Positions 9,576-21,900 of a stretch of 64,000 nucleotides of DNA are shown here, piece after piece. This DNA comes from Geopsychrobacteraceae bacterium (lineage in GTDB: Bacteria; Desulfobacterota; Desulfuromonadia; Desulfuromonadales; Geopsychrobacteraceae). The notes under the pieces are model-generated. The model searched no databases, had not been told where the DNA came from, and worked only from the letters and a program-made list of their open reading frames with translations. A program made the position numbers and the translations under genes. The DNA lies in NCBI GenBank assembly GCA_963676795.2, contig CAXXTB010000002.1:1248001-1312000 (forward strand). The letters run 5' to 3'. Position 1 is the stretch's first letter; each line of letters opens with the position of its first letter.

Positions 9576-9659
9576 TGTTTTTAATTCGTCTTTAAGTATC
9601 CGGAATATATGAAGAAGATATTTTTTGCCGGGTATGCGGTATACTTTTTAAACGGGTGG

Positions 9660-9688
9660 GTCAACCATGGTTGACGCTGCTGGTTGAC
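9660..9688. promoter_or_regulatory. Putative enhancer (activator binding site) upstream of gabT
   Basis: Perfect palindrome GTCAACCATGGTTGAC plus a repeated GGTTGAC. The same layout recurs at 12027-12055. Confidence 0.6.
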
Positions 9689-9874
9689 GTTGCCCGGATT
9701 TAGTGGGGGAAAAATGAACGAGAATAAATGGCTGACTAAATGTGATATCTGTTAATATGGTCGGCGGTTTGCAGGGTATTCATGAGCCAGAGGCTATGTT
9801 GTCTGTAGCTATTCTGAAAGTATTTTGTTGAAAAGATTTAAGCCGGCAGGTTTTGTGGAACTGGAGGTCTGTTT

Positions 9875-10360
9875 ATGCGAAGGGCGCTAGCGCTTGTCTT
9901 GTTTATCGTTGGTTTTGTCTGGCTGTCATCATCGGCCGCTCTGGCTGAGATCGATTCCCTGGCATCGATCCAGACCAAGTTGCAGCGGATGGGTTACGCA
10001 CCAGGCGTTGCTGACGGGATGATGGGGCCACAGACCGACAGGGCGATAAAAAATTTTCAACGTGACAACCAGTTGCCGCCGACCGGCAAGGTTGACGACA
10101 GAACCATGCAACTGTTCGACCAACGCCTGGCCGAGCAGAAGCCCGGTGCCAGCAGTAAAGCCAAGTCGCTCAGCAATCGGGCGATTCTCAAGCTCCAGTG
10201 GAAACTGGTCGACTTCGGTTACAGCCCGGGGCGACCCGATGGCTACACTGGCGAGCGGACACGCATGGCAATCAGGCAGTTTCAGCGTGACTACAAATTG
10301 CCGGTGACCGGTCTCTTTGACGAGCGGACCAGGGATCTGCTGAACGCCGGTAAAAAATAA
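9875..10360 (+). CDS. Exported protein with two peptidoglycan-binding (PG_binding_1-like) domains
   Basis: Signal peptide; two repeats, LQRMGY..G.ADGMMGPQT..AIKNFQ...LPPTG and LVDFGY.PG.PDG.TG..T..AIRQFQ...LPVTG. Confidence 0.85.
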   Translation: MRRALALVLFIVGFVWLSSSAALAEIDSLASIQTKLQRMGYAPGVADGMMGPQTDRAIKNFQRDNQLPPTGKVDDRTMQLFDQRLAEQKPGASSKAKSLSNRAILKLQWKLVDFGYSPGRPDGYTGERTRMAIRQFQRDYKLPVTGLFDERTRDLLNAGKK

Positions 10361-10382
10361 AAAAATTATCTTGTTTGATCAG

Positions 10383-10420
10383 ACAGCCCCTTCAGGAGTG
10401 ACATTGAAGGGGCTGTTTTT
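10383..10420. terminator. Intrinsic terminator between convergent genes
   Basis: ACAGCCCCTTCA...TGAAGGGGCTGT followed by TTTT. Confidence 0.75.
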
Positions 10421-10429
10421 GTTCAGGCG

Positions 10430-11857
10430 TCAATTGCGGTTGATCATGACCATCTTGATGGTGGTCATTTCGTCGATGGTGAACTTGACCCCTTCGCGGC
10501 CAAGACCTGAGAGCTTGTTGCCGCCGTAGGGGAGGTGGTCGACGCGGTAGGTGGCGGTGTCGTTGATCATCACGCCGCCGACTTCCAGGTCGTCAACTGC
10601 CTGCAGGGCCTTGTTGATGTTGTTGGTGTAGATGCCGGCCTGCAGTCCCAGTTCTGAATCGTTGATCAGTTCCAGGGTGGCGGTGAAATCGTCGTAAGGG
10701 ATCAGCGAGACGACCGGGGCGAAGGTCTCCTGGCAGACAACCTTCATATCGGCGCTGACATTGGTCAGCACGGTCGGCAGGTAGACGCTGCCTTCGGCCT
10801 TGCCGCCGCAGGCGACGACGGCACCGGCCTCTCTGGCGTCTGCAACCCACTGATCGATACGGGCGATCTCCTTCGGGTCGATCATCGGCCCGATATCGGT
10901 ATCTTTTTCGAGCGGATCGCCGATCTTCAGTGCCTTGGTCTTGGCGATGAACAGTTTGCTGAAGCTGTCGATGCAGTCCTTGTGGACATAGAGGCGCTGC
11001 AGTGAGATGCAGACCTGGCCTGAGTTGGAGAAAGCGCTGACCACACAGCGGGCGGCGGCTTTTTCCAGGTCGGCATCCGGTTCGATCATGGTCGCCGAGT
11101 TATTGCCGAGTTCCAGGCTGACCTTCTTGATCCCCGCCTTGCGGATGATCTGGTCGCCGACCGCAGGCGACCCGGTGAAGGAGATCTTCTTGACCTTGGG
11201 ATGCATGACGATGACATCGCCGACGCTGGCACCGGAACCGATGACGATATTTAAGACCCCTTTCGGCAGACCGGCCTGTTCCATGATCTCGGCGAGCAGC
11301 AGGGCACTGACCGGGGTGCTTGATGCCGGCTTGACGACCACGGTATTGCCCGCAGCGATGGCCGGCCCGACCTTGTGGGCGATCAGGTTGAGCGGGAAGT
11401 TGAACGGGGTGATGGCGCCGATAACGCCGACCGGTTCCTTGATGTAGTAGCCGATGCGGTTTTCACCGAAGGCACTGGCGTCGATCGGAATGGTTTCGCC
11501 GTGGATGCGCTTGGCTTCCTCGGCGGCGAACTTGAAGGTTTCGACGCTGCGCTGGACTTCGTTGACGGAAAATTTCCAGGCCTTGCCGACTTCCTGGCAG
11601 ATTACGGCGGCTACTTCATCCATGCGCTCCTGGAGCAGTTGTGCGGTCTTTTCGAGAATGGCGGCACGCTTGTGGGCCGGGTACTTGCGGAAGGTCTTGA
11701 AGGCCTGTGCGGCGGCTTCGATCGCTTTTTCGGTCTGGGCTTTTTCGGTGACCGGAACGGTTGCGAAGACTTCGCCGGTAAACTTATTACAGACGTCGAG
11801 GGTTTTTCCAGTTTCGATCCACTCGCCGTCGATCAGGGTTTTGTAGGATTGGGCCAT
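10430..11857 (-). CDS. NAD(P)-dependent aldehyde dehydrogenase (probable semialdehyde dehydrogenase)
   Basis: ITPFNFP, KPAS, FTGS, catalytic Glu in LELG, catalytic Cys in SGQVCIS, ETFAP, PYGGNKLSGLGREG. Confidence 0.9.
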   Translation of the reverse strand: MAQSYKTLIDGEWIETGKTLDVCNKFTGEVFATVPVTEKAQTEKAIEAAAQAFKTFRKYPAHKRAAILEKTAQLLQERMDEVAAVICQEVGKAWKFSVNEVQRSVETFKFAAEEAKRIHGETIPIDASAFGENRIGYYIKEPVGVIGAITPFNFPLNLIAHKVGPAIAAGNTVVVKPASSTPVSALLLAEIMEQAGLPKGVLNIVIGSGASVGDVIVMHPKVKKISFTGSPAVGDQIIRKAGIKKVSLELGNNSATMIEPDADLEKAAARCVVSAFSNSGQVCISLQRLYVHKDCIDSFSKLFIAKTKALKIGDPLEKDTDIGPMIDPKEIARIDQWVADAREAGAVVACGGKAEGSVYLPTVLTNVSADMKVVCQETFAPVVSLIPYDDFTATLELINDSELGLQAGIYTNNINKALQAVDDLEVGGVMINDTATYRVDHLPYGGNKLSGLGREGVKFTIDEMTTIKMVMINRN

Positions 11858-11948
11858 CTTGTGTCCTCCTGTGGGATTTGTGTCTGTTCGCTCTCCTTGA
11901 ATCTGAGCCGCGAACCGGTGCAGAAAAGAAAAATCAGTGCTGACCTAG

Positions 11949-11964
11949 AGCAAATGCAGTGCCA
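11949..11964 (-). promoter_or_regulatory. Sigma-54 -24/-12 promoter of the aldehyde dehydrogenase
   Basis: Minus strand reads TGGCACtgcatTTGCT, an exact consensus match. Confidence 0.85.
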
Positions 11965-12007
11965 GACGGAAATCCTGAAGAAATTGGCTGAAATCGTCCG
12001 ATTCAGG

Positions 12008-12055
12008 GTTGCCTGAGGTTGACGTCGTCAGCGCAGGTTGACCCCCCCGGTTTAC
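12008..12055. promoter_or_regulatory. Putative enhancer upstream of the aldehyde dehydrogenase
   Basis: GTCAGCgcaGGTTGACccccccGGTTTAC (12027-12055), plus an extra GGTTGAC at 12017-12023. Confidence 0.6.
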
Positions 12056-12098
12056 TTATCCTTGCAAGCTGCACAGCTGATTGAACGGCTGGCTGAGG

Positions 12099-13524
<1,426 letters not shown>

Positions 13525-13532
<8 letters not shown>

Positions 13533-15660
13533 CTGTACTCCTCGGGTCGTTGGTCCTGGGCAGTGTGATGGTGAAGCAGGCGCCTTTTCTGCCGTTATTC
13601 GCGGTGATCGTGCCGTTCATCTCATTCTCGACGATAACCTTGGCCATATACAAGCCCAAACCTGTCCCTGAAGCAATCCCTTTGGTTGTGAAATAGGGGG
13701 TGAAGATCTGCTCGACAATATGTTCCGGCATGCCGGTGCCACTGTCGCAGATGCTGATGCTGAAGTGATCCTGAGCATCGTTGAGGCGGATAGAAACCTC
13801 TCTGGGATTGTCCCTGTCCTGGGCGATCGCTTCCTCGATTGCGTCCCTGGCATTGGCCAGGATGTTGACGATAACATGAGAAAATTCACTCTGGTAACCG
13901 AATACTGCGGGCCGCTCCTCGCTCTCGGGGACCCTGAGGTCGATGCTGATGTTGGCCTGGCGATAGCTTGGTTCGACCAGCTTGACGGCGTTTTCGAGCG
14001 CCTTGATCAGCGAGAAACGTTCCTTGGTCTTGGACGGTTTGAAGAACTGGCGGAAGTCGTCGATCGTCTTCGACATGAACTGGATCTGGGTGTCGGCGTT
14101 GCTGACCAGCTTTTCGACAAACTCGCGGCTGATCATCTGATTATAGTAGGCGCTTTTCAGGCTGGAGATATAGGTCGACAGAATGTTCAGCGGCTGACGC
14201 CACTGATGGGCTATGGCTCCGAGCATTTCCCCCATAGCCGCCATCTTCTGCGCCTGGCGCAGCTGCTGCTCGGCGGTCGTGCGCTTGGAGATGTCGCGGA
14301 TGCTCATCAGGGTCAGCCGTTCGTTGTTGAGGCTCAGTTCCTTGAGGCTGACCTCGGCCGGGAATTCGCTGCCGTCATTGCGGACGAAGGTCCATTGGAA
14401 AAACTGCTGTTTGCCCTTTGTCGCTTCGTTGACCATCTGTTGCAGATGGGTCAGGCTGTCCTGACCGTCGGCCTGATATTTGGCGGAGATATCGAGCAGG
14501 TAGTTGCCGATCACGCCGTGGGGTTTGGCCTTGAGCATCTCCCTGGCGCGCTCGTTACATTCGATGATGACCAGCCCCTTGCAGATCATGATCGCGTCGT
14601 TGGCGACATGGAAGAGGGTCTGGTAGTGGGTTTCCATCGCCTTGCGCCGGGTGATGTTCCAGTTGAGATCCTGATTCATAACGCTCAGGGCATCCTGATG
14701 CTGCTGGACGGTCGACTTGAAGCGCTTGTTGTAGATAAACAGGATCAGAGCACTACCGCCGGTGATGATCAGGGCGATGATGACGACGACGGCGAGCAGT
14801 TTGATGACCGCCTGCAGGGCGGAGAGTACTGAGGTTCTGTCCGAAAGGTGATAGGCCTCTGCGGTGGTCATGGTCGTGCAGAGAATCCAGCTCCCCCCCT
14901 CTATGGTGTGATAGGCGAGGATGTTTTCCTCGTCGTTCAGGGTGAATTTATAGGTTCCCGCCCGGTTCCTGCTGAATTCGTTGATAATCTGCTTGAGGCT
15001 GGGGTCGAGATCCTGGAGACGGGCGGTCATCAGCAGGCTCTGATCCGGGTGGATCATGATCGTACCGTCTTCGGCGACGATAAAGGAATAGCCGATATTG
15101 CCGACCCTGACATTGAGGACATTGCTGACCAGCGAATCGAGAATGATGTCGCCGCTTAACACCCCGATGATTTCGTGGTTGCTGATCAGCGGCGTGGTCA
15201 TGGCAATGACCATCTTGCCGGTTGTCATGTCGATATAGGGGGGGGAGAGGGTGATGTCCTCTGTCCTGATCCCGTTGATGTACCAGGGACGTTTGCGCGT
15301 GTCGTAGCCAGTGGGCGGGACCCAGCTGGTGCCGTCGATGATGAGGCCGTTGTTCAGGCCGATATAGATATCGCTGAATTCACCGGCATTCAAGGCTTGT
15401 CTGAGAATGTTCAGCGCCAGATCGGCGTTGCTCAGGTCGCTGCCCTCGAGCTCCTGCCTGACCGAGTCGATGACTTTTTTCTGCTGGCGCAGCCACAGAT
15501 CGGTTGTCGCGGCGGCCTGGGCGACAATGGTCCGCTGCTGATCGAAGAGGGTTTTTTCGGCAATGCTGCGCGTTGCAATGTAGGTGAACCAGGACAGCAG
15601 CAGGAACAGCAGCAGGGGGGTGAAAATCAGGATGAGCAGTTTTTTGTTATAGGTTTTCAT
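13525..15660 (-). CDS. Sensor histidine kinase with dCache_1 and PAS domains
   Basis: TM, dCache (YDTRKRPWY..PYID), TM, PAS; H-box AIAHQWRQPL; N-box NILANARDA; DSGTG; FTPYFTTK; GTGLGL. Overlaps the regulator start. Confidence 0.9.
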
Positions 15661-15813
15661 TGTTACTCTCAAGTCTGGCATACCGTTGGTTTGAGGGTAA
15701 CTCCGAAGCAATTAATGTTCCAACGGATTTTTTTGATCCGTAGTCCGGCAGGTGCAGGAAGAGGCTTCCATTGCTTGTGAAACCTCTTTCTGGTGTCTCC
15801 TGTCGTCCGCTCC

Positions 15814-16068
15814 TCAGCTGGCCTGCCTGAGAATCAGCTGGTTCAGGGCCTGGGCCAGCTGGTCAGGGCAGCTGGTGTTGTTGCGGCATTGAATCCCGCT
15901 CAGTTTGGCGATAGCCTGTTCGGCATCCATTCCCTGAACCAGTCTGCCGATCCCTTCCAGGTTGCCTTTGCAGCCGCCGATAAAGCTGACATCTTTGATG
16001 ACCTGGCCATCCATCTCAATATCGATCAGTCGCGCACAGGTGCCGGTTGTTTTATAGGTCGTTTTCAT
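15814..16068 (-). CDS. Small TSCPD-domain protein (TIGR03905-like)
   Basis: YKTTGTC...FIGGCKGNL...GIQC...TSCPDQLAQAL. Confidence 0.85.
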   Translation of the reverse strand: MKTTYKTTGTCARLIDIEMDGQVIKDVSFIGGCKGNLEGIGRLVQGMDAEQAIAKLSGIQCRNNTSCPDQLAQALNQLILRQAS

Positions 16069-16325
16069 ATTCAAGCCTTTTGTGACAAAGAAAAACTGAA
16101 GCAGATTGAAGCTGCTACTCATACCCGAGCCGCTGGTCGCTGTCAATATAATATATGAATAGTTGAATCCTTCTGATTGCCTGAGGTTGTGACATAGTCT
16201 GTCTTTCTCCTGCGATAATTTTAAAAGACCAAAATGCTCGAACTCGGGGTTTGGGTTTTCGTTGAAAAGTGCTAGAACAGCACAATTGTACAATGCGCCT
16301 GTTTCCTTTTTCCGGAGTGACGTCA

Positions 16326-18986
16326 ATGACTGCCAGCTATCTCTCTGAACTGTTGCCTCATCTCGCCAAAGGTGCGCTGGTGCTCACCGCGAACAAGAGA
16401 TTGTTCCGTTTCTTACGTTCCCGTTTTGATCAATGGATGCTGGAGCAGGGGGAGACGGTCTGGTCTTCTCCTGCCATCTACAGCTATGAAGGCTGGATCG
16501 ATCAGGTCGTGACCAGTCTGGGAGAACAGTGGCGGGTCTTGAGTCCTCAGCAGGCGCAATGCCTGTGGGAGCAGTTGGTTGAAGCTTCGTCGCGCCAGCT
16601 CGACCTCGAGCTGTTGCAGGTGTCCCGGACCGCGGAAAAAGCAGCGCAGGCGCATCGTCTGCTGAACGAATACGAAATCGAACTGGACGAAGCCTGCCTG
16701 ACCGAAGACCAGCAGGCGTTCACTTTATGGCGTCAACAGTACCGGGATCTCTGCGCCGAGCATGACTGGCTTGACCGCAGTGAGCTGGCAACCCTGATCC
16801 GCGAAGCCTTTGCCTGCGGCCAGCTTGATTATCCGCGGCAGCTGTTTCTGGTTGGCTTCGATCAGCTGTCACCGGGGTTGGTCAAACTCTGTGCGCTTTT
16901 CGCCGACCAGGGGGGAGCCTGCCAGGAACTTTCGCTGGTCTCGGAGCGTGATGTTGTCGTGCGGCACTATCCGGCCACCGATAGCGAGGATGAAATCGAC
17001 AAGGCGGCGCTCTGGACACGGAACCTCTTGGAACAGGGGGCGCATTCGATCGGTATTGTCGTTCCCGATCTGACCACCAGTCGTGCCCGGATCGAGCGGA
17101 GCTTTCTGCGCCAGATCGATCCTTGTGCCATGACCCGCCTTGAGCAGGATGACAGCGTATTCGGTCTGTCGCTGGGGGGACCGCTGGCCGAAGAGGGGAT
17201 TATCCATGCCGCATTGCAACTGCTTGGTCTCGGTCGTCAGCTCAGCCTCAATGAGGTCTCCTTTCTGCTTAGGACTCCCTACCTGGGAGGCGGTAGCCGC
17301 GAGGCCGACCAGCGGCATCTGTTAGACCGGCGCCTGCGCTCCTGGCGCCAACCCGGTTTTTCCCTGACTGCTCTGAAAAAAACACTGGAGAAGAATTCAG
17401 ATACCGGGGGCATAGTTGCGATCCTCGCTCAGCTGGAATCCTTCGGCCAGCAGGGGAAACAAGCGCCCGGCGAGTGGGCGGCGTGCTTTGGCGAAGACCT
17501 TAAGGCGCTTGGCTGGCCCGGTGACAGGGTACTGTCAAGTCGTGAATATCAGGCTCTTAAGGTCTTTCAGGACAAAGTCTTGAACGGCCTGGCGGCTCTT
17601 GATGCGGTGCTGCCTGCGATCACCCGGGGGCGGGCTCTGGCTTTGCTGCAGCAACTGGCACGCACCCTGGAATTTCAGGTCGAAGCGCCGCCCAGTCCGG
17701 TTCAGGTTGTCGGTCTGCTGGAATCTTCCGGCCTGGAATTCGAGCATCTGTGGGTGATGGGGATGAGCGAAACGGCGCTCCCCGCCGCATCGCAGCCGAA
17801 CCCCTTTGTCCCCTACCAGCTGCAGCGTGACCACGCCATGCCGCATGCCACCGCCGAACGCGAGCTGCAGTTTGGCGAGCAGGTGATCGCCCGGCTCAGG
17901 ACGGCCGCAGCACAGGTTGTTTTCAGTTACCCCCGCCGCAGCGGCGACAGTCCCCAGCGGCCGAGCCCTCTCTTGCCAGCGGCGACCTGTGATACGGCCC
18001 CGCAATTCAGTGCACCGCAGGATCTGCTCAGCCTGAGCAGGGCTCTGGGTCCAGCGTTGGAAATTCTCGACGACAGCCAGGGACCGGTCCTGAATGATAA
18101 ACTGGTCGAGGGGGGGACGACCCTGCTCAAAGACCAGGCCCACTGCCCGTTTCGCGCCTTTGTTCATCACCGCCTCAAATGCACGCAGCTCGACAGTCCC
18201 GAGGCGGGAATCTCAGCCATGAGCCGCGGCGATCTTGTTCACCTGGCCCTGGAAAAAATCTGGCAAAAGCTGGGCAGGCGTACTGCTCTCGAAGCCCTCA
18301 GTCCCGAGCCGCGCAAGCAGCTGATTGCGCAGATGGTTGCTGAGGCGATTGCCGAATATTTCGCCGATGGGAGCTTGCTGGCCGCTTCCCTGCTACAGAT
18401 CGAGCAGGAGCGGCTGGTCAATCTGGTCGGTGAATGGCTGGAGTGCGAGGAACAGCGCGATGACTTTGTCGTTCTTGAATCGGAAATGGAACATGTCGAG
18501 AGCCTGGGCCCGCTGAAAATCCGTATGAAGGTCGACCGGATCGATCAGCTCGCTGACGGTCAGCGGGTCGTCATCGACTACAAAACCGGCAGTGACATCG
18601 ATGCCCGGGACTTCTTGTCGGAGCCGCTGATTGAACCTCAGCTGCCGATCTACGCCGTGGCTGATAGTGAAAATCCTGCCGATGGCGTCGCCTTTGCCCG
18701 GGTGCGCCAGGGGGAGTGCTCTTTTGTCGGCTTTATGCGCAACGAGGCTGCGCTCGGCAAGGTCAACGACTATGCCGCTTATGCGGGGAAGCATGACCTT
18801 GCGAACCCTGACTGGGATCAGCTGCTGGCCTTCTGGAAAGAACAGATTGCCGGCCTGGCCGGCGATTTTGTCGCCGGCCGGGCTTTGGTTGCCCCCTTTG
18901 ATCCAAAGCGCAGCTGCAACTACTGCGATCTGGCCGGAATCTGCCGGATTCAGGAGTACTATGGTGAACTGGAGGAGAGCGAATGA
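16326..18986 (+). CDS. AddB-like DNA repair protein: inactive helicase scaffold plus PD-(D/E)xK nuclease with Fe-S cysteines
   Basis: VLTANKRL N-terminus; CPFRAF; KVDRID, IDYKTG, QLPIYA; C-terminal CNYCDLAGIC. Confidence 0.82.
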   Translation: MTASYLSELLPHLAKGALVLTANKRLFRFLRSRFDQWMLEQGETVWSSPAIYSYEGWIDQVVTSLGEQWRVLSPQQAQCLWEQLVEASSRQLDLELLQVSRTAEKAAQAHRLLNEYEIELDEACLTEDQQAFTLWRQQYRDLCAEHDWLDRSELATLIREAFACGQLDYPRQLFLVGFDQLSPGLVKLCALFADQGGACQELSLVSERDVVVRHYPATDSEDEIDKAALWTRNLLEQGAHSIGIVVPDLTTSRARIERSFLRQIDPCAMTRLEQDDSVFGLSLGGPLAEEGIIHAALQLLGLGRQLSLNEVSFLLRTPYLGGGSREADQRHLLDRRLRSWRQPGFSLTALKKTLEKNSDTGGIVAILAQLESFGQQGKQAPGEWAACFGEDLKALGWPGDRVLSSREYQALKVFQDKVLNGLAALDAVLPAITRGRALALLQQLARTLEFQVEAPPSPVQVVGLLESSGLEFEHLWVMGMSETALPAASQPNPFVPYQLQRDHAMPHATAERELQFGEQVIARLRTAAAQVVFSYPRRSGDSPQRPSPLLPAATCDTAPQFSAPQDLLSLSRALGPALEILDDSQGPVLNDKLVEGGTTLLKDQAHCPFRAFVHHRLKCTQLDSPEAGISAMSRGDLVHLALEKIWQKLGRRTALEALSPEPRKQLIAQMVAEAIAEYFADGSLLAASLLQIEQERLVNLVGEWLECEEQRDDFVVLESEMEHVESLGPLKIRMKVDRIDQLADGQRVVIDYKTGSDIDARDFLSEPLIEPQLPIYAVADSENPADGVAFARVRQGECSFVGFMRNEAALGKVNDYAAYAGKHDLANPDWDQLLAFWKEQIAGLAGDFVAGRALVAPFDPKRSCNYCDLAGICRIQEYYGELEESE

Positions 18987-21900
18987 GCCGTATCGTTGAT
19001 GCAGAAGCCCGCCGTCTGGCCCTCGACGGGAGCCGTTCCTTCATTGTCCAGGCCCCAGCCGGTTCCGGCAAAACGGAGCTGCTGATCCAGCGCCTGCTGG
19101 TGCTGCTGAACAGCGCCGAGCGGCCGCAGCAGATTCTCGCCATCACCTTTACCAACAAGGCCGCCGCCGAAATGCGCCAGCGGCTGTTGGAAGCGCTGGT
19201 CATGGCGCGTGACGAGCCGAAGCCGGAGGAAGCTCATAAGGCGGTGACCTGGCAACTGGCCAGAGCTGCTTTCGAGCGTCATGGTGAGGCGTTGCTGAAA
19301 AATCCTGCTCAGCTGGCGATTCAGACCATCGACAGTTTCAACGCAGCGCTGGTGCGCAAGATGCCCTGGCTGTCCCGTTTCGGTGGTGTGCCGCAGGTCC
19401 GGGAAGATGCCAGCGCCCTGTATTCCAAAGCAGTCGAACAGCTGATGGGCCAGCTCGATAACCAGGATCAGACCGGAGAAGCGCTGCGGACGCTGCTGCG
19501 TCACTTCGATAACCGGCTTGGTCAGGTTGAGCAGATGCTGGTTGGCATGCTGGCCAAGCGTGATCAGTGGCTGCGCTACCTGGCGAGCGAGCATGGCACC
19601 AGTCATCAGCAGTTGCAGGAGAACCTGGAACAGTTCTGTGCCTTGCAGCTCGAGGCTCTGGTCCGTAGTTTTCCTCCGGCTCTGGCTGATGAGCTGCTGT
19701 TCTGTGCCAGCTATGCCGCGCGCAACTGTCCGGATCTCGAACCTCTCGTTGCATTGTGTCTGCCATTGCCATCCGGTTATATGGCCTTGCCTCTCTGGCA
19801 GGCACTTGCCGAGTTGCTGCTGACTGCCTCTGGCGAGGTGCGAAAGACAGTTAACAAGAATAACGGCTTTCCGGCCGGTAACGAGGGGAAGGCAGCTAAA
19901 CAGCGGATGCTGGAACTGCTCACCGGCTGTGGGGAGTGCCGGGATTTCGTGACCCAACTGGCGGCGGTACGCACCATGCCGGGACACTTCAGTTCTGAAC
20001 AGTGGCAGGTACTGCGGGCGGTGCTTGACCTGTTGCCCATGCTGCTGGTCGAATTGTGGCTGGTCTTTCGCCAGCAGTCCAAGATCGACTTCTCCGAAAT
20101 CGCTCTCAAGGCAGGGCAGGCTCTGGGGCGCAGCGATAACCCGAGCGACCTGCTGCTGCGCATTGACAATGACCTGCAGCATATCCTGGTCGACGAATTT
20201 CAGGACACCTCACGCCTGCAATATTCGCTGCTTAATATCCTGACCAGTGGCTGGCTGCAGGGGGATGGGCGGACGCTGTTTCTGGTCGGTGACCCGATGC
20301 AGTCGATCTATCGCTTCAGGGAAGCCGAGGTCGGACTCTTCCTGCAGAGTTTTGGCGGGGACTTCGGAGCCAACGGTCTTAAACTCACGCCTCTGACCTT
20401 GCAATGCAACTTCCGTTCGCAGCAGGGGATCGTCGATTGGGTCAATAGGAGTTTCAAGGAAATTTTCCCCCCTGCCACGGATATCGACAGCGGAGCGGTC
20501 AGTCTGTCCCGTGCCCATGCCGTGCATGATCCTCTCGATGGTATGGCCTGTAGCTTCTATCCCTATTCCGTGCAGGACGACAAGGCCGAAGCCCGCCAGG
20601 TTGTGGAGATTATTCGTGAGACCCGGATCCGGGATCCGCAGGGGACGATCGCGATCCTGGTCCGTGGTCGGACCCATCTGCGTGAGATCCTGCCGCTGCT
20701 GCGCGCCAATTGTCTCTCCTACCAGGCCCAGGATATCGATCAGCTCGGAGCCCGCCCGGCTGCCCTCGATCTGGTGGCCCTGGTACGGGCGCTGCTGCAT
20801 CGCGGCGATCGCCTCGCCTGGCTCGCCGTTTTGCGGGCTCCCTGGAGTGGCCTGGCACTGAACGATCTGCACGTGCTGCTGGCCGGGCATCCGCGTCGCA
20901 GCGTGCCTGCTTTGCTGCGGGACGACAAGCTGCGCCAGGGCTTGAGCCCGGCGGGGCAGCAGCGTCTTCAGGCCGTGGCTGCGGTACTGCTCAATGCCCT
21001 TGATCAGCGTGGCCGCTTCCCTCTGCGTGATCTGATCGAACGCTGCTGGTTTGCCCTGGGAGCAGCGTCCTGTTATGACAGCGAGGGACTGGCCGACGCC
21101 GAACTGGTTTTCGCGCTGATCGAAGATCTGCAGCAGGGTGGCGAGCTGGAGGACCTTGATCAACTGGAGCGCGAGGTCGGACGCCTGTTCGCCCGGGCCG
21201 ATGCGTCTGCCGACGCGCGACTGCAGATCATGACGATCCATAAATCAAAGGGGCTGGAATTCGATACGGTGATCATCCCCGGACTGGGGAAAACGACAGG
21301 GCGCAGCGAGTCGCCATTGCTGCGCTGGCTGGAGCATCCGCACTGCGGTCTGCTGCTGGCACCGCGTGCGGCAAGTGGTGCCGACAAGGATCCTCTCTAT
21401 CAGCTGATCGGCAGGCTGGAACAGCAGAAAGGCCGTTTGGAGGATGGTCGTCTGCTCTACGTCGCGACAACCCGTGCTATCAAGCGTTTGCATCTGCTCG
21501 GACACGCTACGGCCAACAAAGCCGGTGAGTTTATTCCGGCTAAAGGTTCGCTGCTCGAGCAACTGTGGCCTCTCGTTAAAATGCAGTTTGCGCCGTCAGA
21601 GGACCCTGTCGCTGAGACGCTACAAACTGTTCAGGCGCACCTCAAACGCCTGCCTCTCGATTGGCATCCGCCGGTCATGAGCGGGGTCGAGCTGCCGGAG
21701 CAGGTGGTCAACACAACGGCATCGGTCCATGGGGATCTGGACTCTGGGCAGCTGTTCAGCGGCTGGGAAACGCCGCTCTACAGGCATGTCGGAACCTTGG
21801 TCCATTGGCAGCTGGAACAGCTGGCGCGGCGTGGCTGCGAAGCCTGGACAGAACAGTGTCCAAAGCTGCGTCAGCAGCGTCTGAAAAAGATACTCAGCGG

